From the NCBI GenBank assembly GCA_038087875.1, contig CM075992.1, positions 6,016,001 through 6,080,000 of the forward strand: DNA of 64,000 nucleotides, given 5' to 3'. This document shows positions 24,306 through 36,870 of the stretch, piece by piece. The DNA is from Malacoraja senta (lineage: Eukaryota). The notes beneath the pieces were generated by a model. The model saw nothing but the letters and a program-made list of their open reading frames with translations, made no database searches and was not told the DNA's origin. Made by a program: the position numbers and the translations under genes. Position 1 is the stretch's first letter. Every line of letters begins with the position of its first letter.

Positions 24306-25563
24306 GGTGCCACATCCTGCACCCACACACAACTGACTGACTTCATCCGCTTCACCACCAACTTCCATCCGGCACTCAAATACACCTGGACCATTTCTGA
24401 CACTCCCCTACCATTCCTTGACCTCACTATCTCCATCGAAGGTGATAGACTCCTTACCGACATCCACTACATACCCACCGACTCCCATGGCTATCTGGAC
24501 TACACTTCTTCCCACCCTGCTTCCTGTAAGGACTCCATCCTCCACTCCCAATTCCTCCGTCTACGCCGCATCTGCTCCCAGGATGAGGCGTTCCACACCA
24601 GGGCATCTGAAATGTCCTCATTCTTCAGGGAACGGGGGTTCCCCTCCTCCACCATAGATGAGGCTCGCACCAGGGTCTCTGCCATACCCCGCAACACTGC
24701 TCTCTCTCCCCATCCCCCCACTCACAACAAGGGCAGAGTCCCCCTAGTCCTCACCTTTCACCCCACCAGCCGTCACATACAACAAGTGATCCTCCGTCAG
24801 TTTCGCCACCTCCAACGTGACCCCACCACTCGACACATCTTCCCATCTCCCCCCCATGTCTGCCTTCCGCAAAGACCGCTCCCTCCGTAACTCCCTTGTC
24901 AATTCTTCCCTTCCCTCCCATACCACCCCCTCCCCTGGTACTTTCCCTTGCAACCGCAAGAGATGCAACACTTGTCCCTTCACCTCCCCCCTCTACTCCA
25001 TTCAAGGACCCAAGCAGTCGTTCCAGGTGCGGCAGAGGTTCACCTGCATCTCCTCCAACCTCATCTATTGCATCCGCTGCTCTAGATGCCAGCTGATCTA
25101 CATCGGTGAGACCAAGCGCAGGCTTGGCGATCGTTTCACCGAACACCTCCGGTCGGTCCGCAATAACCAACTTGACCTCCCGGTGGCTCAGCACTTCAAC
25201 TCCCCCTCCCATTCCGTATCTGACCTCTCTGTCCTGGGTCTCCTCCATGGCCACAGCGAGCAACACCGTAAATTGGAGGAAATGCACCTCATATTCCGCT
25301 TGGGCAGTCTACATCCTGGGGGCTTGAACATTGAATTCTCCCAATTCTGCTAGCCCTTGCTGTCCCCTCCCCTTCATCAGCCCTCTGGTTGTCTCCTGCC
25401 CTCCCCCAGCCCTCAGGCTCCTCCTCCGCCTTTTTCCTTTTTCCCTTTCTTCTCCCCACCCCCTATCAGTCTGAAGAAGGGTTTCGGCCCGAAACGTTGC
25501 CTATTTCATTCGCTCCATAGATGCTGCTGCACCCGCTGAGTTTCTCCAGCATTTTTGTGTACC
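24306..25563 (+). mobile_element. 5'-truncated Penelope-like retroelement (RT C-terminus, GIY-YIG endonuclease, tail with hammerhead-like motif)
   Basis: FTCISSNLIYCIRCSRCQLIYIGETKRRLGDRFTEH..VAQHF..GLN; duplication tgcctacttt at 24296-24305 and 25564-25573. Confidence 0.95.
25467..25503 (+). ncRNA. Minimal type-I hammerhead-ribozyme-like motif in the Penelope 3' region
   Basis: CTGAAGA (25471-25477), A, GGG-tttcgg-CCC stem II, GAAA-CG-TT (25491-25498); PLEs are known to carry minimal hammerheads; activity untested. Confidence 0.55.
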
Positions 25564-26725
25564 TGCCTACTTTCAATGACTGGTGTACCATGACACCCAG
25601 GTCTCGCTGCATCTCCCCTTTTCCTAATCGGCCACCATTTAGATAATAGTTGCCTTTCCTGTTTTTGCTACCAAAGTGGATAACCTCACATTTATCCACA
25701 TTAAACTGCATCTGCCATGCATCTGCCCACTCACCCAACCTGTGTAAGTCACCCTGCATTCTCATAGCATCCTCCTTACAGTTCACACTACCACCCAGCT
25801 TTGTGTCATCTGCAAATTTGCTAATGTTACTTGTAATCCCTTCATCTAAATCATTAATATATATTGTAAATAGTTGTAGTCCCAGCACCGAACCTTGCCG
25901 TACCCCACTAGTCACTGCCTACCATTCTGAAAGGGACCCGTTAATTCCTATTCTTTCTTTCCCGTCTGCCAACCAATTTTCTATCCATGTCAGCACTCTA
26001 ACCCCGAATACCATGTGCCCTAATTTTGCCCACTAATCTCCTATGTGGGACCTTATCAGATGCTTTCTGATAGTCCAGATACACCACATCCACTGGCTCT
26101 CCCTTGTCCATTTTCCTAGTTACATCCTCAAAATTCCAGAAGATTAGTCAAGCATGATTTCCCTTTCGTAATTCCATGCTGACTCCGACTGATCCTGTTA
26201 CTGCTATATTAAATGTGCCGCTATTTCATCTTTTATGATTGACTCCAGCATCTTCCCCACCACCGATGTCAGGCTAACTGGTCTATAATTCCCTGTTTTC
26301 TCTCTCCTGCCTTTCCTAAAAAGTGGAATAACATTAGCTATCCTCCAATTCACAGGAATTGATACTGATTCTATAGAACATTGGAAAATGATCACCAATG
26401 CGTCCACGATTTCTAGAGCCACTTCCTTAAATACCCTGGGATGCAGACCATCAGGCCCTGGGAATTTATCAGCCTTCAGTCCCATCAGTCTACTCAACAC
26501 CATTTCCTGTCGAATGTGGATTTCCTTCAGTTCCTCCGTCACCCCTAATTCTCTGGCTACTAGTACATCAGGAAGATTGTTTGTGTCCTTGGTGAAGATG
26601 GATCCAAAGTACCTGTTCAACTCATCCGCCATTTCCTTGTTCCCCATAATAAATTCACCCTTTTCAGTCTTCAAGGGTCCAACTTTGGTCTTAACTATTT
26701 TTTCCCTCTTCACATTCCTAAAGAA

Positions 26726-26925
26726 NNNNNNNNNNNNNNNNNNNNNNNNNNNNNNNNNNNNNNNNNNNNNNNNNNNNNNNNNNNNNNNNNNNNNNNNNNN
26801 NNNNNNNNNNNNNNNNNNNNNNNNNNNNNNNNNNNNNNNNNNNNNNNNNNNNNNNNNNNNNNNNNNNNNNNNNNNNNNNNNNNNNNNNNNNNNNNNNNNN
26901 NNNNNNNNNNNNNNNNNNNNNNNNN
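26726..26925. other. Assembly gap (200 N)
   Basis: Run of N. Confidence 1.
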
Positions 26926-27988
26926 TTGAGAATACCTTACAAGTATTTTTATATGCAGTCATCAAGAATTGGCGAGTTGGGAGTAATGCATTCCGTTTTG
27001 GAATCTGTAATAAGGTCTGAATATCAAAACTGAAACATCCCTTGCATTACCCACATGTTGATTTGTAGTCATGGAAACATAGAGACATAGAAAAAGTGTG
27101 TAGTACTAGGTCATTTGGTTATTCGAGCCAGCACCACCATTCAATATATCATGGCTGATCATGAGTTGGAAATGGTGGAAGAACATAATTTCTTGCTCTC
27201 AATGTCAGTAAACCCGAGGAACAGATTGTTAACTTTAGAAGAGGAAGGCCAAGGTTCTACAAGCCTACAAGCCTGTTTTCAGCAAAGGATCAGTGGTGGA
27301 GAAAGTCAACAACTTTAACTTCAAATTTCGGGCCATGCATATCTTTAAAGATCTGTCCTGAATCCAGCACATTAATCCAGCACAAGAATGTCTATCAACA
27401 CCTCTAATTCCTTATAAGATTGAGAAGATTTGGTCTGTCAACAAATATTCTCTTGAACCTCTGACCAGCTCAGCCTGTGGACTTTGGGAGCCACGGACTC
27501 CTGTAGGAGGTGGCCGATTCGGATGTCCAAGCCGCTGAGGATGTCCTCCAGTCCCGACGTCAGACTTCCATCACTCCGGCGAGCGGGCCTGAACATCGGG
27601 CTGCCTGTAGCGGCGACAGCGGGGGGTTCGTGAGCCCCCTGACCACGGGAGGACAACAGAGGAGGATGACTGAATTTTGGAGCCTTCATTCACAGTGGGA
27701 AACTTTGATCCCACTGTGTGGGGATGTCTGTGTTAAAGACTGTCTGTGTTAAAGACTATCGTGTTCTGTGCTCTTTATTATTCGTATGGCTGTATGGCGA
27801 CCACTAACAATGGCTGCCGGAAGTGAGAGTGAATGCTGGCACGACTAGCTGCCGCTGCTCTCTCTCCGAATTATGTATTATTGCTGTATATGTTGTTTTT
27901 GTTTCATTTTAATTATATATTTGTAATTTGCTTGTTTTAACTGTAAGGTGTCCTTGAGTGTTCTGAAAGGCGCCCATAAATCAAATGC

Positions 27989-28019
<31 letters not shown>

Positions 28020-28020
<1 letters not shown>

Positions 28021-28848
28021 CTTGTTTGTTTGTGCGTCTGCGTGCATGTGAGTGAGCGAGAGAGATCCTGAAATTATGCCAAAATGGTACACGATAGCGC
28101 TATAATTTTTGGACCACCATATTCACCATTGTCCTGTCGTGTGGTGTATCAAAGTTTTGTTCAGATTGATGTTATATTTTACGTTATTCACATTTTCAAC
28201 TTTACAAAACCCCACTTTGAGAAAAATCACTTGAAGTTGCAGTGGCAGTTACAGCTATGACGTCACAATGGGATCTCATTCACATAAACTGCCCATTAGC
28301 AGTGCTCCACCCGATGATGACATCACAATATGATCTCATTTACATTAAAAAGGCAGCAATGGGGGAGGGGATGAGGATTGTTGTTTAATGTTATTTAAAC
28401 AGATAGAGGGAGAGGGGGTAGGGAGGGGAGAGGGGTTATGCAGGATGAGGGGAGAGAAGAGAGCGCAGTTGGGGGCTATGGTTGAGTGGTGGAATATTGC
28501 GTTGGGGGAACGGGTTGCGTTGGAGCGGGTGAGTAGTGGAAACGGGTTGCGTTGGGGGAGCGGGTGAGTGGTGGAATATTACGTTGGGGGAACGGCGCCC
28601 AATGGGTCAGGGGGGTAGGGAGGGGAGAGGGGTTATGGAGGGAGGGAGTGACTGAGGGTAGGGGAAAGGAAAGGGAGGGAGAGGTGATGGAAGGAGTGGA
28701 GGAGGGTAGGAGGAGAGGGGAGATAAGAGGGAGGGGGAAGGAGTGTTGGGGGATGAGGGGAAATGAGCCGTAACTGCAGTTGGGGGCAATGGGAGTGTGG
28801 AATATTGCGTTAGGTGAATGGGGGCCCATTGAGTCCCACTTGGTCTAG
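28020..28848 (+). mobile_element. Non-autonomous Helitron-like element, copy 1 of a head-to-tail pair
   Basis: Homologous to 28849-29216 plus 34577-34830; ends in an imperfect hairpin and CTAG (28845-28848); internal G-rich minisatellite. Confidence 0.65.
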
Positions 28849-29375
28849 TATATTACTAAAACTCGTTTTGTTTGTGATTCTGTGTGTGGGCATGCGTGCG
28901 TGATCCAAGAACTATGGCAAAAGTACACAATAGAGCTGCAATTTTTGGACCATCTTACTCACAATTGTCTTGTGATGTGTTTTTTTTAATCAAGTTTTGT
29001 TCACATTGATGTTATATTTTACAAGTTATTCACATTTTTAACTTTAAAAAATCCAATTTGAGAAAGAATCACTTGAACACTGCAGTAGCAGTTACAGCTA
29101 TGACATCACAATGGGATTGTAGCCCTGCCCGCTACAATGTTGCAAATCCCAGGACACGGAGTCCTGGCAGCAACTGTAATTGGATTTTTTTTTCCAGTTT
29201 AAAAAGAGGGAGGGTGCAGACTTCCGGTGGCGCTATGGAGGCTTGAGTCCAGTGCCAACTAGCTCCGTGCCGAAGAATCTGAAAACGGGAGAAAATCGGG
29301 TCTTACCTGCAGCGATCGCGATCTGAACGGCTGCCTGCCGCGTGACGTCATCAGGCGCGCGACTTTGACGGTATG

Positions 29376-30420
29376 TCAATGCAACATACCCCCCCAAAAA
29401 AAACCCGTTAAAGGGAAACCACCGATGGAAGAGGTAGGCCTAACTGAGGCCTCGGCCTCAGGTACAATGACGTCCCAGGAAGACCCAACGAAGAAATCAA
29501 AGCAGAAAAAGTCTGAAATTGAAGATCTTAAAACTTTTCTCGCTGCTGAAATTAAACAGATTCATCTACAGTTGAAAACCTTTGAAGGAAAATTGAATTT
29601 TAAAGAGGAACTTAACTCTTTCAAGGTAGATTTTAAAGCAGAAATGCTTTCTACCGTTCAAGAAATACTGGAAGTCTGGAAGAGGTCGAGGGACGATGAG
29701 GTCAAGGAACAGATGGAAGTGCTGGAAGCCAGGTTCGTTTCGGTGGAATCGAACGCTAATATGGAGGTGGTCCCCATTCATCAAGCACTTGATCAACATA
29801 GAACAGCGATAACCGAACTTGAGAAATGGGCGGCGACAAGTGAGGAAACTGTAAATCGACTCCTTATTGAAAACCAACGCCTCTCCGGTATGGTGATCAA
29901 ATTAAGTGATAAGTGTACCGATTTGGAGGGGCGTCAAAGACGCAAGAATTTAAGAATTGTAGGGGTGAAAGAAGGAAGTGAGAGGGAAATGGGCCCTCGG
30001 GATTTTGTGGCAGACCTACTACAAAAAGCCTTAAAATTGGATCAAAAACCTTCACTCGGTCGAGCACATAGAGCGCAGGGGCGTCGTACACAAGATGATG
30101 CCCATCCAAGACAAATTATAGTAAAGGTGCAACTTGATCATGAATTTGACGAGATAATGAAGAAAATCGTCCGAAGCGGACAGCTCTATTTTGAAGGTGC
30201 GAGGTTCAGTATTTACTGAGATTATCCGGCAGAGGTCTTCAAGAAAAGAGCGCTGTTCACTGAGACAAAAAGAATACTGAAGAATGTACCTGATTTGAGA
30301 TACGGCTTGCTTTACCCCGCAAGACTAAGAGTCACCTACAAGCACAAGGAGCAATTTTTTACAGACCACGAAAAAGCACTGGAATATGCTAAAGAAATCG
30401 GGAACGTGACCACAGACTGA
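29376..30420 (+). pseudogene. L1 ORF1 with one premature stop (TGA 30217-30219)
   Basis: Coiled coil, DLEGRQRRKNLRIVGV, RAHR; the same frame continues past the stop through YPARLRV to TGA at 30420. Confidence 0.9.
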
Positions 30421-30695
30421 AGAATTTACAATACTCCTCAGGAGTCAAGGATTAACGGGACTTCGCCAGATTTAAAAGGACCTTTAAAGTTCTTTTAAGA
30501 GCTTTAAGGACATTCGAAAACCGAAATGGACGGTGGACATTGGAGAAAACCGTGGGTTTTTTTTAATTTAAATTTTTTTTTTTTAAAATCTTTTATTTTT
30601 AGTATAAACTTTAAGAACAATAATATCATAGTTGTGACCAAATGTTATTAATCACTATTACTATTTAGTATATTCATATCTAACTATATATGTAA

Positions 30696-33600
30696 CTACT
30701 AATACTTAAATGTAATTTAAAAGGTTTAGATTCAAACGATAGAGAATTATTAGAAAGGGAGATTACGATAAAGGATATTGAGGAGTCTATTGGCTCTTTA
30801 AAAAATGGTAAAGCAGTAGGACCAGATGGTTTAGGCTCTGAATTCTATAAAAAAAATTATGACTTGCTCTCCCCACGTTTACAAAGGCTGTATGAGCATA
30901 TCTATACTCAACAGAAACTTCCAGATACTTTAAATGAATCTATAATAACACTTATTCCTAAAGTTGATAAAGATCCGGAAGATCCGGGATCATATAGAGC
31001 AATTGCACTTTTAAATACAGATCAGAAAATATTAACTAAAATACTAGCACATAGATTAAGTACAGTGATGAATAAATTAATACACCCTGACCAAACAGGC
31101 TTTATTCAGAAACGGTACTCATATTATAATCTAAGAAGATTATTTAATATTATTTATTCTAAGAGAATTATTAATGAAGATCTAGCAATAATCTCACTTG
31201 ACGCTGAAAAAGCATTTGATCAGGTTGAATGGTCTTATTTATTTTCGGTGATGGAAAATATGCAGCTAGGGGAGAAATTCTGCACATGGATAAAACTGTT
31301 ATATACAAACCCTACGGCTAGAATATTAACAAACCAAAGGTTGTCATCTAAATTCAGCCTATCTAGAGGTTGTAGACAAGGATGCCCGTTATCTCCATTA
31401 TTATTTGCGCTTGCTATTGAGCCACTCGCAGAAAGAGTTAGGGGTCATCCGGAAATACATGGGTATAACACAAAGGACACAGTGAATAAAATTTCTCTAT
31501 ACGCAGATGATGTACTAATTTACATTACAAAACCAGAAATTAGTATTCCAAACTTATTAAAGCTAATAACCCAATTTGGTTCACTCTCAGGATACAGAAT
31601 AAATTGGAATAAAAGTGAAATTATGCCAATAAGGGAACACAACAAACAGATAATACAACAATTTCCATTTAAAATAGTAAACGAAAAATTTAAATACCTA
31701 GGTATTTACGTAACTAAGATATATACATCATTATTTAGGGAACAAGAGTTAGCTATTAAAATTTCAAAGGAAAGTTGGAATGAATACTTATTAAAAGTGC
31801 ATAAATGCTCGATTAATGTAAGACACACTTTAATACAATTTAAAATTTTACATAGATTATATTATTCGAAAACTAAAATTCATAAAATTTTCCCAAACGT
31901 ATCATCTATTTGTGATAAATGTCAATCCCAAGAAGCAACTATAGCGCACTCATTTGTCTTCTGTACAAAAATTCAAAAATTTTGGAAGGAAATTTTTGAA
32001 ATCTTTACAAAGTTATTTAAAACAAGACTGATACCCAAAGCAGAATGGATTATCTTCGGAATAACGGAAGATGATCCAGAACTAAATGTGTTTCAAAAGA
32101 AATTAATGGATTATGGGTTAATAACTGGAAAAAAGCTAATTCTAAAATTTTGGAAGAAGGCTCCAATACCAACTATAAATATGTGGATTTCAAATATGTT
32201 TGAAACATTACACCTTGAAGAGATAAGACTCCTCCTAGCAGGTAAACCAGATCACTTCCACCTGACGTGGTCTGCATTTATAGAATTATTACAAACATAG
32301 GGTGCAAAAGTACTTTAAAAAAAATAAAAAATTGAGGTCGGGTAAGGGGGGATGATAGTTGAAGAGTTGGTATGTCCTATTTACGTGATGCTCAAAAAAA
32401 AACATTTGTTTCTCTTTTTTTCTCTTTCTCTTTTCTTTTCTTAGGGCCTATTTCTTAACTCTTTTTCTTTTTGTTTTTAATTATGCTCTTATAGGGTCTT
32501 CGTCCTTTTTTGTTGTTACATTTTCTACACTTTTCTACACTTGCACTTTTTCCTTCACTTTCTTCTCTCTTTCAATCTTTTCTTTCTCTAGTGTAAAAAA
32601 ATAAATAAAGGGAGTACATTAATTGTAAGAAGATATAAATGACGAGTATTAATGTATGTGGTTGTAATGTAATGTACTTCTAATAAATAACAATTAAAAA
32701 AAAAAAAAAAAAAAAAAAAAATTATTTAAAGCAAATTTCCCCCCATTACTGAACAAACTACATAAGAATATTCAATATTGGAAAACACTTCCTATCTCAA
32801 TGGTTGGCAAAATTAATGCCATAAAAATGATTTTTTTACCGCAAATATTATACCTTTTTCAGACAATGTCAAAATATTTGTCAAAAAACTTTTTTTTTAA
32901 ATTGGATTCCATTGTTAATGATTTTATCTGGGATTATAAGAATCATAGGATAAACAAAAGACATTTGTGTAAATCAAAAATAAATGGTGGCTTGGTTTTA
33001 CCCAACTTTCTGTTTTATTTTTGGGCAGTTAATATTAAAAATATGAATTTCTGGTTGGAAGAAATAGATCAACAACCAAATTGGTTAAAAATGGAAAAGG
33101 AAGATTGTTTACCTTTTGATATCGGCTCGATATTACTTGCTACGTCTAAATTAAACAAAAAAAATTATAGGGAAAACCCTATAATATTTAGTGCTATACG
33201 AATTTGGAAACAATTAAAAAAGACATTAAAATTAGATAATTTATCACTTTTTCTTCCAATTGTGAATAACCCTTTGTTTAAGCCCTCATGGTTGGACAGG
33301 GGTTTTACACAATGGAAGAATTATGGAATTAAAAATATGGGACAACTTTACAAGGAAGGCACTTTTCTGACATTTCAGGAGTTGCAACAGACTTATGGAC
33401 TCCGAGGAAATGATTTTTTCAGATATCTTCAACTCAGAGATTATGTAAAATCGAATACTCAAAATTTTCGAATTAGAAATTCAGAAATTCTTGACGAATA
33501 TTGGAATAAACATCCTAATACAGAAAAATTAATATCTTATATATATAATATTTTATTAGACAGTGACATTCCATCGACGGACTTACACAGACAAACATGG

Positions 33601-34200
33601 GAAAAATAATTAAATCAAATAATAACGAAAGATACTTGGGAAGAAAGTTTACAACACATACATCAATGTTCATTAAATGCCAGACATTCTTTAATACAAT
33701 TTAAAGTAATACATAGGTTACATTATTCAAAAACAAAATTACATAAAATCTTTCAACATATCTCACCTATATGTGATAAATGTCAACATTTAGAAGCTAC
33801 CTTATCTCATATGTTTGCAAACTGTATAAAAATAAAAAAATTCTGGGTAAATATTTTTAGTATAATATCTAAAGTGACCAGCACACAATTGGACCCGGAT
33901 CCAAAATTAATAATACTCGGAACATTAGAATTAAATCAAACATTTACAACAACACAAAGAAACTTTATTGATTATAGTATAATAACGGGAAAAAAATTAA
34001 TTCTAAAATGTTGGAAAGGCCCTATAACCCCCACAATCAAAATGTGGATTATAGAAATGACGGAGACCTTAAACGTGGAAAGAATCAGATTTTCCCTGTT
34101 GGACAAACAGGAATTATTCGTTGGAACATGGTCTCCCTTTATTGATTATTTAAAGGGTCAGAATGGTTCAGCACAGGAACCTGACGAACACTCGGGCTAA
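30696..34200 (+). pseudogene. L1 ORF2 remnant (no endonuclease; interrupted by a second L1; stop at 33607-33609)
   Basis: Frame opens at 30696 (KAVGPDG, RT), resumes at 32729 (KANFPPLLNKL..MVGKINAIKM), ends in a CxxC..H..C knuckle. Confidence 0.9.
31738..32720 (+). mobile_element. 5'-truncated L1 inserted into ORF2 of the larger L1
   Basis: Own ORF2 C-terminus (CDKC..H....C), T-rich UTR, AATAAA, poly(A) 32696-32720; 8-bp duplication attattta at 31730-31737 and 32721-32728. Confidence 0.9.
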
Positions 34201-36059
34201 AGAATGGATGAAATGCTATACTCTGAAATGTACGAATATATCTCGAATCCAGTTTTTTATTTTAATAAATTTTTCCATTCTTCTTTAACTATCTTTTTCT
34301 TTTCTGTTTTGTTTTTTGTTTTGGGGGGGGGTTTCTTCTTTTTTTTTTTTTCTCTCTCTTTTCTTCTCTCTCTTTTCTTTCTTTACTTCATCTATCTTTT
34401 TAGTTCTATCTAGTTTAAAAAAAACAAAAAAAGGCAAAAGGTATTGGAGACAATGTAATAATAATTGACAATATTATCAATTCAAAAATGTAAGACTGTA
34501 ATGATGTTAATAGGTTGTGTACTTATCTCCAATAAAAAATATTAAAAAAAAATAATTAAAAAAAAGAGGGAGGGTGAATAAGGGGAAACGAGCTGCCCCC
34601 GCTCAGTTGGGGGCTATGGGTGAGTGGTGGAACATTACATTGGGGGAACGGGTTGCGTTGGGGGAACGGGTGAGTGATGGAAAATTGTGTTGGGGTACGG
34701 GTTGCGTTGGGGGACCAGGCCTTCTGTGGGGGCTATGGGTGAGTGGTCGAGTATTGCGTTGAGGGAACGGGTTGCGTTGGGGATCAGGCCTCCCGTGTGA
34801 CAGGGACCCAACGGGTCCCGCTTAGTCTAGTATGACAATAGAATTCTCTCGACTTGAAATTACTGCACAGATGGCCGCAGTACCAATAATACCCCGTTGA
34901 TGGCGTTGGTTAACGACTTGTACAGTTGCACAGGGCAATGTGAAATGGACAGAAATGCTGCATGTCAGGTCTAAATGTTTCTGGTTGATAAAGGAACGTT
35001 AACTTAAAGAGAGAGTCAAGAAACTGCAGATGCTGGAGTCTTGAGTAAAAAGCAAAGTGTTGGAAGAACAGCGGGTCAGGCAGCATTTGTGGAGGGAATG
35101 GACAGGCGATGTTTTGGGTCAGTACCCTTCTACTGATTTTCTGATCAGTCTGATCAACTTGATCAAGGGATACAAAATGTCTGTCCCTTCCCTCCACAGA
35201 AGTTGCCTGACCTGTTGAGTTCCTCCAACACTTATTTTTTTGCTCACTTAAAACCTCAATTATTTTTCTCTCTCCACAGATGCTGCCTGACATGCTGAGT
35301 ATCTCTGAGAGTTATGGTTTTTATTTCATATTTATCAGAAATTCCACTCTAAAAAAAGAAGACTGTATATATGTTAATCTGATTTGTTTGCATCTCTTAC
35401 CCAAAAAGTGGTTGTAAAAGTGGGTAAAAAAGTGTGTCTGAAGAGGTTCGCTAGTACTACTTAGGAGGGTTTAAACTAGAAATGCAGGGGGTTGAAACCA
35501 AAGTAGTACGTCAGATATTGGAAGGGGTAGAAAGGGTGAATGCACAGAATCTTTTACCCAGTGTAGGACAATCAAGAACCAGAGGACAGAGGTTTAATGT
35601 GGGTGGGGAAAGATTTAATAGGAACCTGAGGGGCAACTATTTTACACAGGATGCTGGCTATATGGAACATGCTGACAGAGGAGATAGTTGAGGCAGGTAC
35701 TATAGCAACATTGGGTTCATTAGAGACAGTCAGCATGACTTTATACACGGCAGATCGTGTCTTACTAAATTGATCGGGTTTTTGGAGGAGGTGATCGATG
35801 AGGGTAAGGAGGTGGATGTTTACATTTTAATAAGGCATTTATTAAAGTCCCCTGTGGTAGTCGGCTGATCTAGAAGATTAAGATGCACAGGAGTAATAAT
35901 GATTTGGCCGTATGGATTCAGAACTGGATTACTGACAGAAGACAGAGGGTTGTGATGGAAGGACAACATTCAGGGTGAAGGTCTCTGACAGTGATGTTCT
36001 GCTGGTATCTGTGCTGGGACCGTTGCTGTTTGTGATATAATATAATTGACTTGAACATA

Positions 36060-36870
36060 ACTGCTGGGTTCAGGACAGATTTCCTGAGAAATACACGCCC
36101 AGGAACATGAAGCTGTTGACCCTCTCCACCATCGACCCATGGATGAAGACAGGTTTTGTGCATCCTCAGCCTTCCTCTACTAAAGTCAACAATCAGCTCC
36201 TTGGTCTTATGTTGAGAGCAAGGTTGCTGTTTAGGCACCATTCAATCAGACGATCAATCTCCCTCCCATACTCTGACTCAACATTACCGTGACCTGTCCA
36301 ACAACGGTGGTGTCGTCAGTGAATTTAAAGATGGAGTTGAAACTGTTTCCGGCTACACAGTCATGGGGAATAGAATGAGTAGAGCCTTGAGGTGCCACTG
36401 TTGTGATCGAGGAGGAAGTGTTGTTGCCATTTCATACCGATTGTGGTCTGTAGATGTAGAAGTCAAGGATCCAGTTGCAAAGAGGCCCAGTTCTCTGAAC
36501 TTGGTAACAAGTTTGGAAAGGATGATGGTATTGAATGCGCATCAGTGATCTTCCTTTCAAACTGTGCGTAGAATGAATCGAGGATGTGATGCCTCGCTGT
36601 TGCTTGAGTTGATGCTTGGTTTTGCCTTGTGGAAATTGATGGCATGCAAGCCCTGCCACAGCTGCCGAATGTCCGCCTCATCCTCCAATTTAAAGCAAAA
36701 GTCCCTCTTAGCATTTTTGAACAATTGGTATTTGAACTGTATGAGTATGTGTTGCTAGCATTGAATGCCTTCTGTTCCTCAGAAGATTGCGGACTTCCAG
36801 GTTCACCCAAGGCTTTTGATTGGGGAACACTCCAATGGTTTTGGTGGAAACACATTCCCCCACGCATTTC
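36060..36870 (-). mobile_element. Degenerate Rex1/Babar-like LINE fragment
   Basis: KTKELIVDF and LCNWILDF-type RT remnants on the minus strand. Confidence 0.7.

Larger units (their letters stand above)
23627..26725 (-). mobile_element. CR1 LINE (RT region to 3' tail), interrupted by Penelope and cut by the gap
   Basis: ORFs 26204-26965, 25466-25915 (KFADDTKL), 23892-24368, 23720-23989; CTATGTAT-type tail near 23627-23645. Confidence 0.95.
29217..34560 (+). mobile_element. L1 retrotransposon with 5' end, ORF1, endonuclease-deleted ORF2, 3' UTR and poly(A)
   Basis: 16-bp TSD aaaaagagggagggtg at 29201-29216 and 34561-34576 at a TT/AAAA site; RT motifs GCRQGCPLSP and YADD; AATAAA at 34531. Confidence 0.95.
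28849..34830 (+). mobile_element. Non-autonomous Helitron-like element, copy 2, split by the L1 insertion
   Basis: 5' tatattactaaaactc; 3' hairpin GGGACCC-aac-GGGTCCC (34803-34819), CTAG 34827-34830, then T. Confidence 0.7.
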
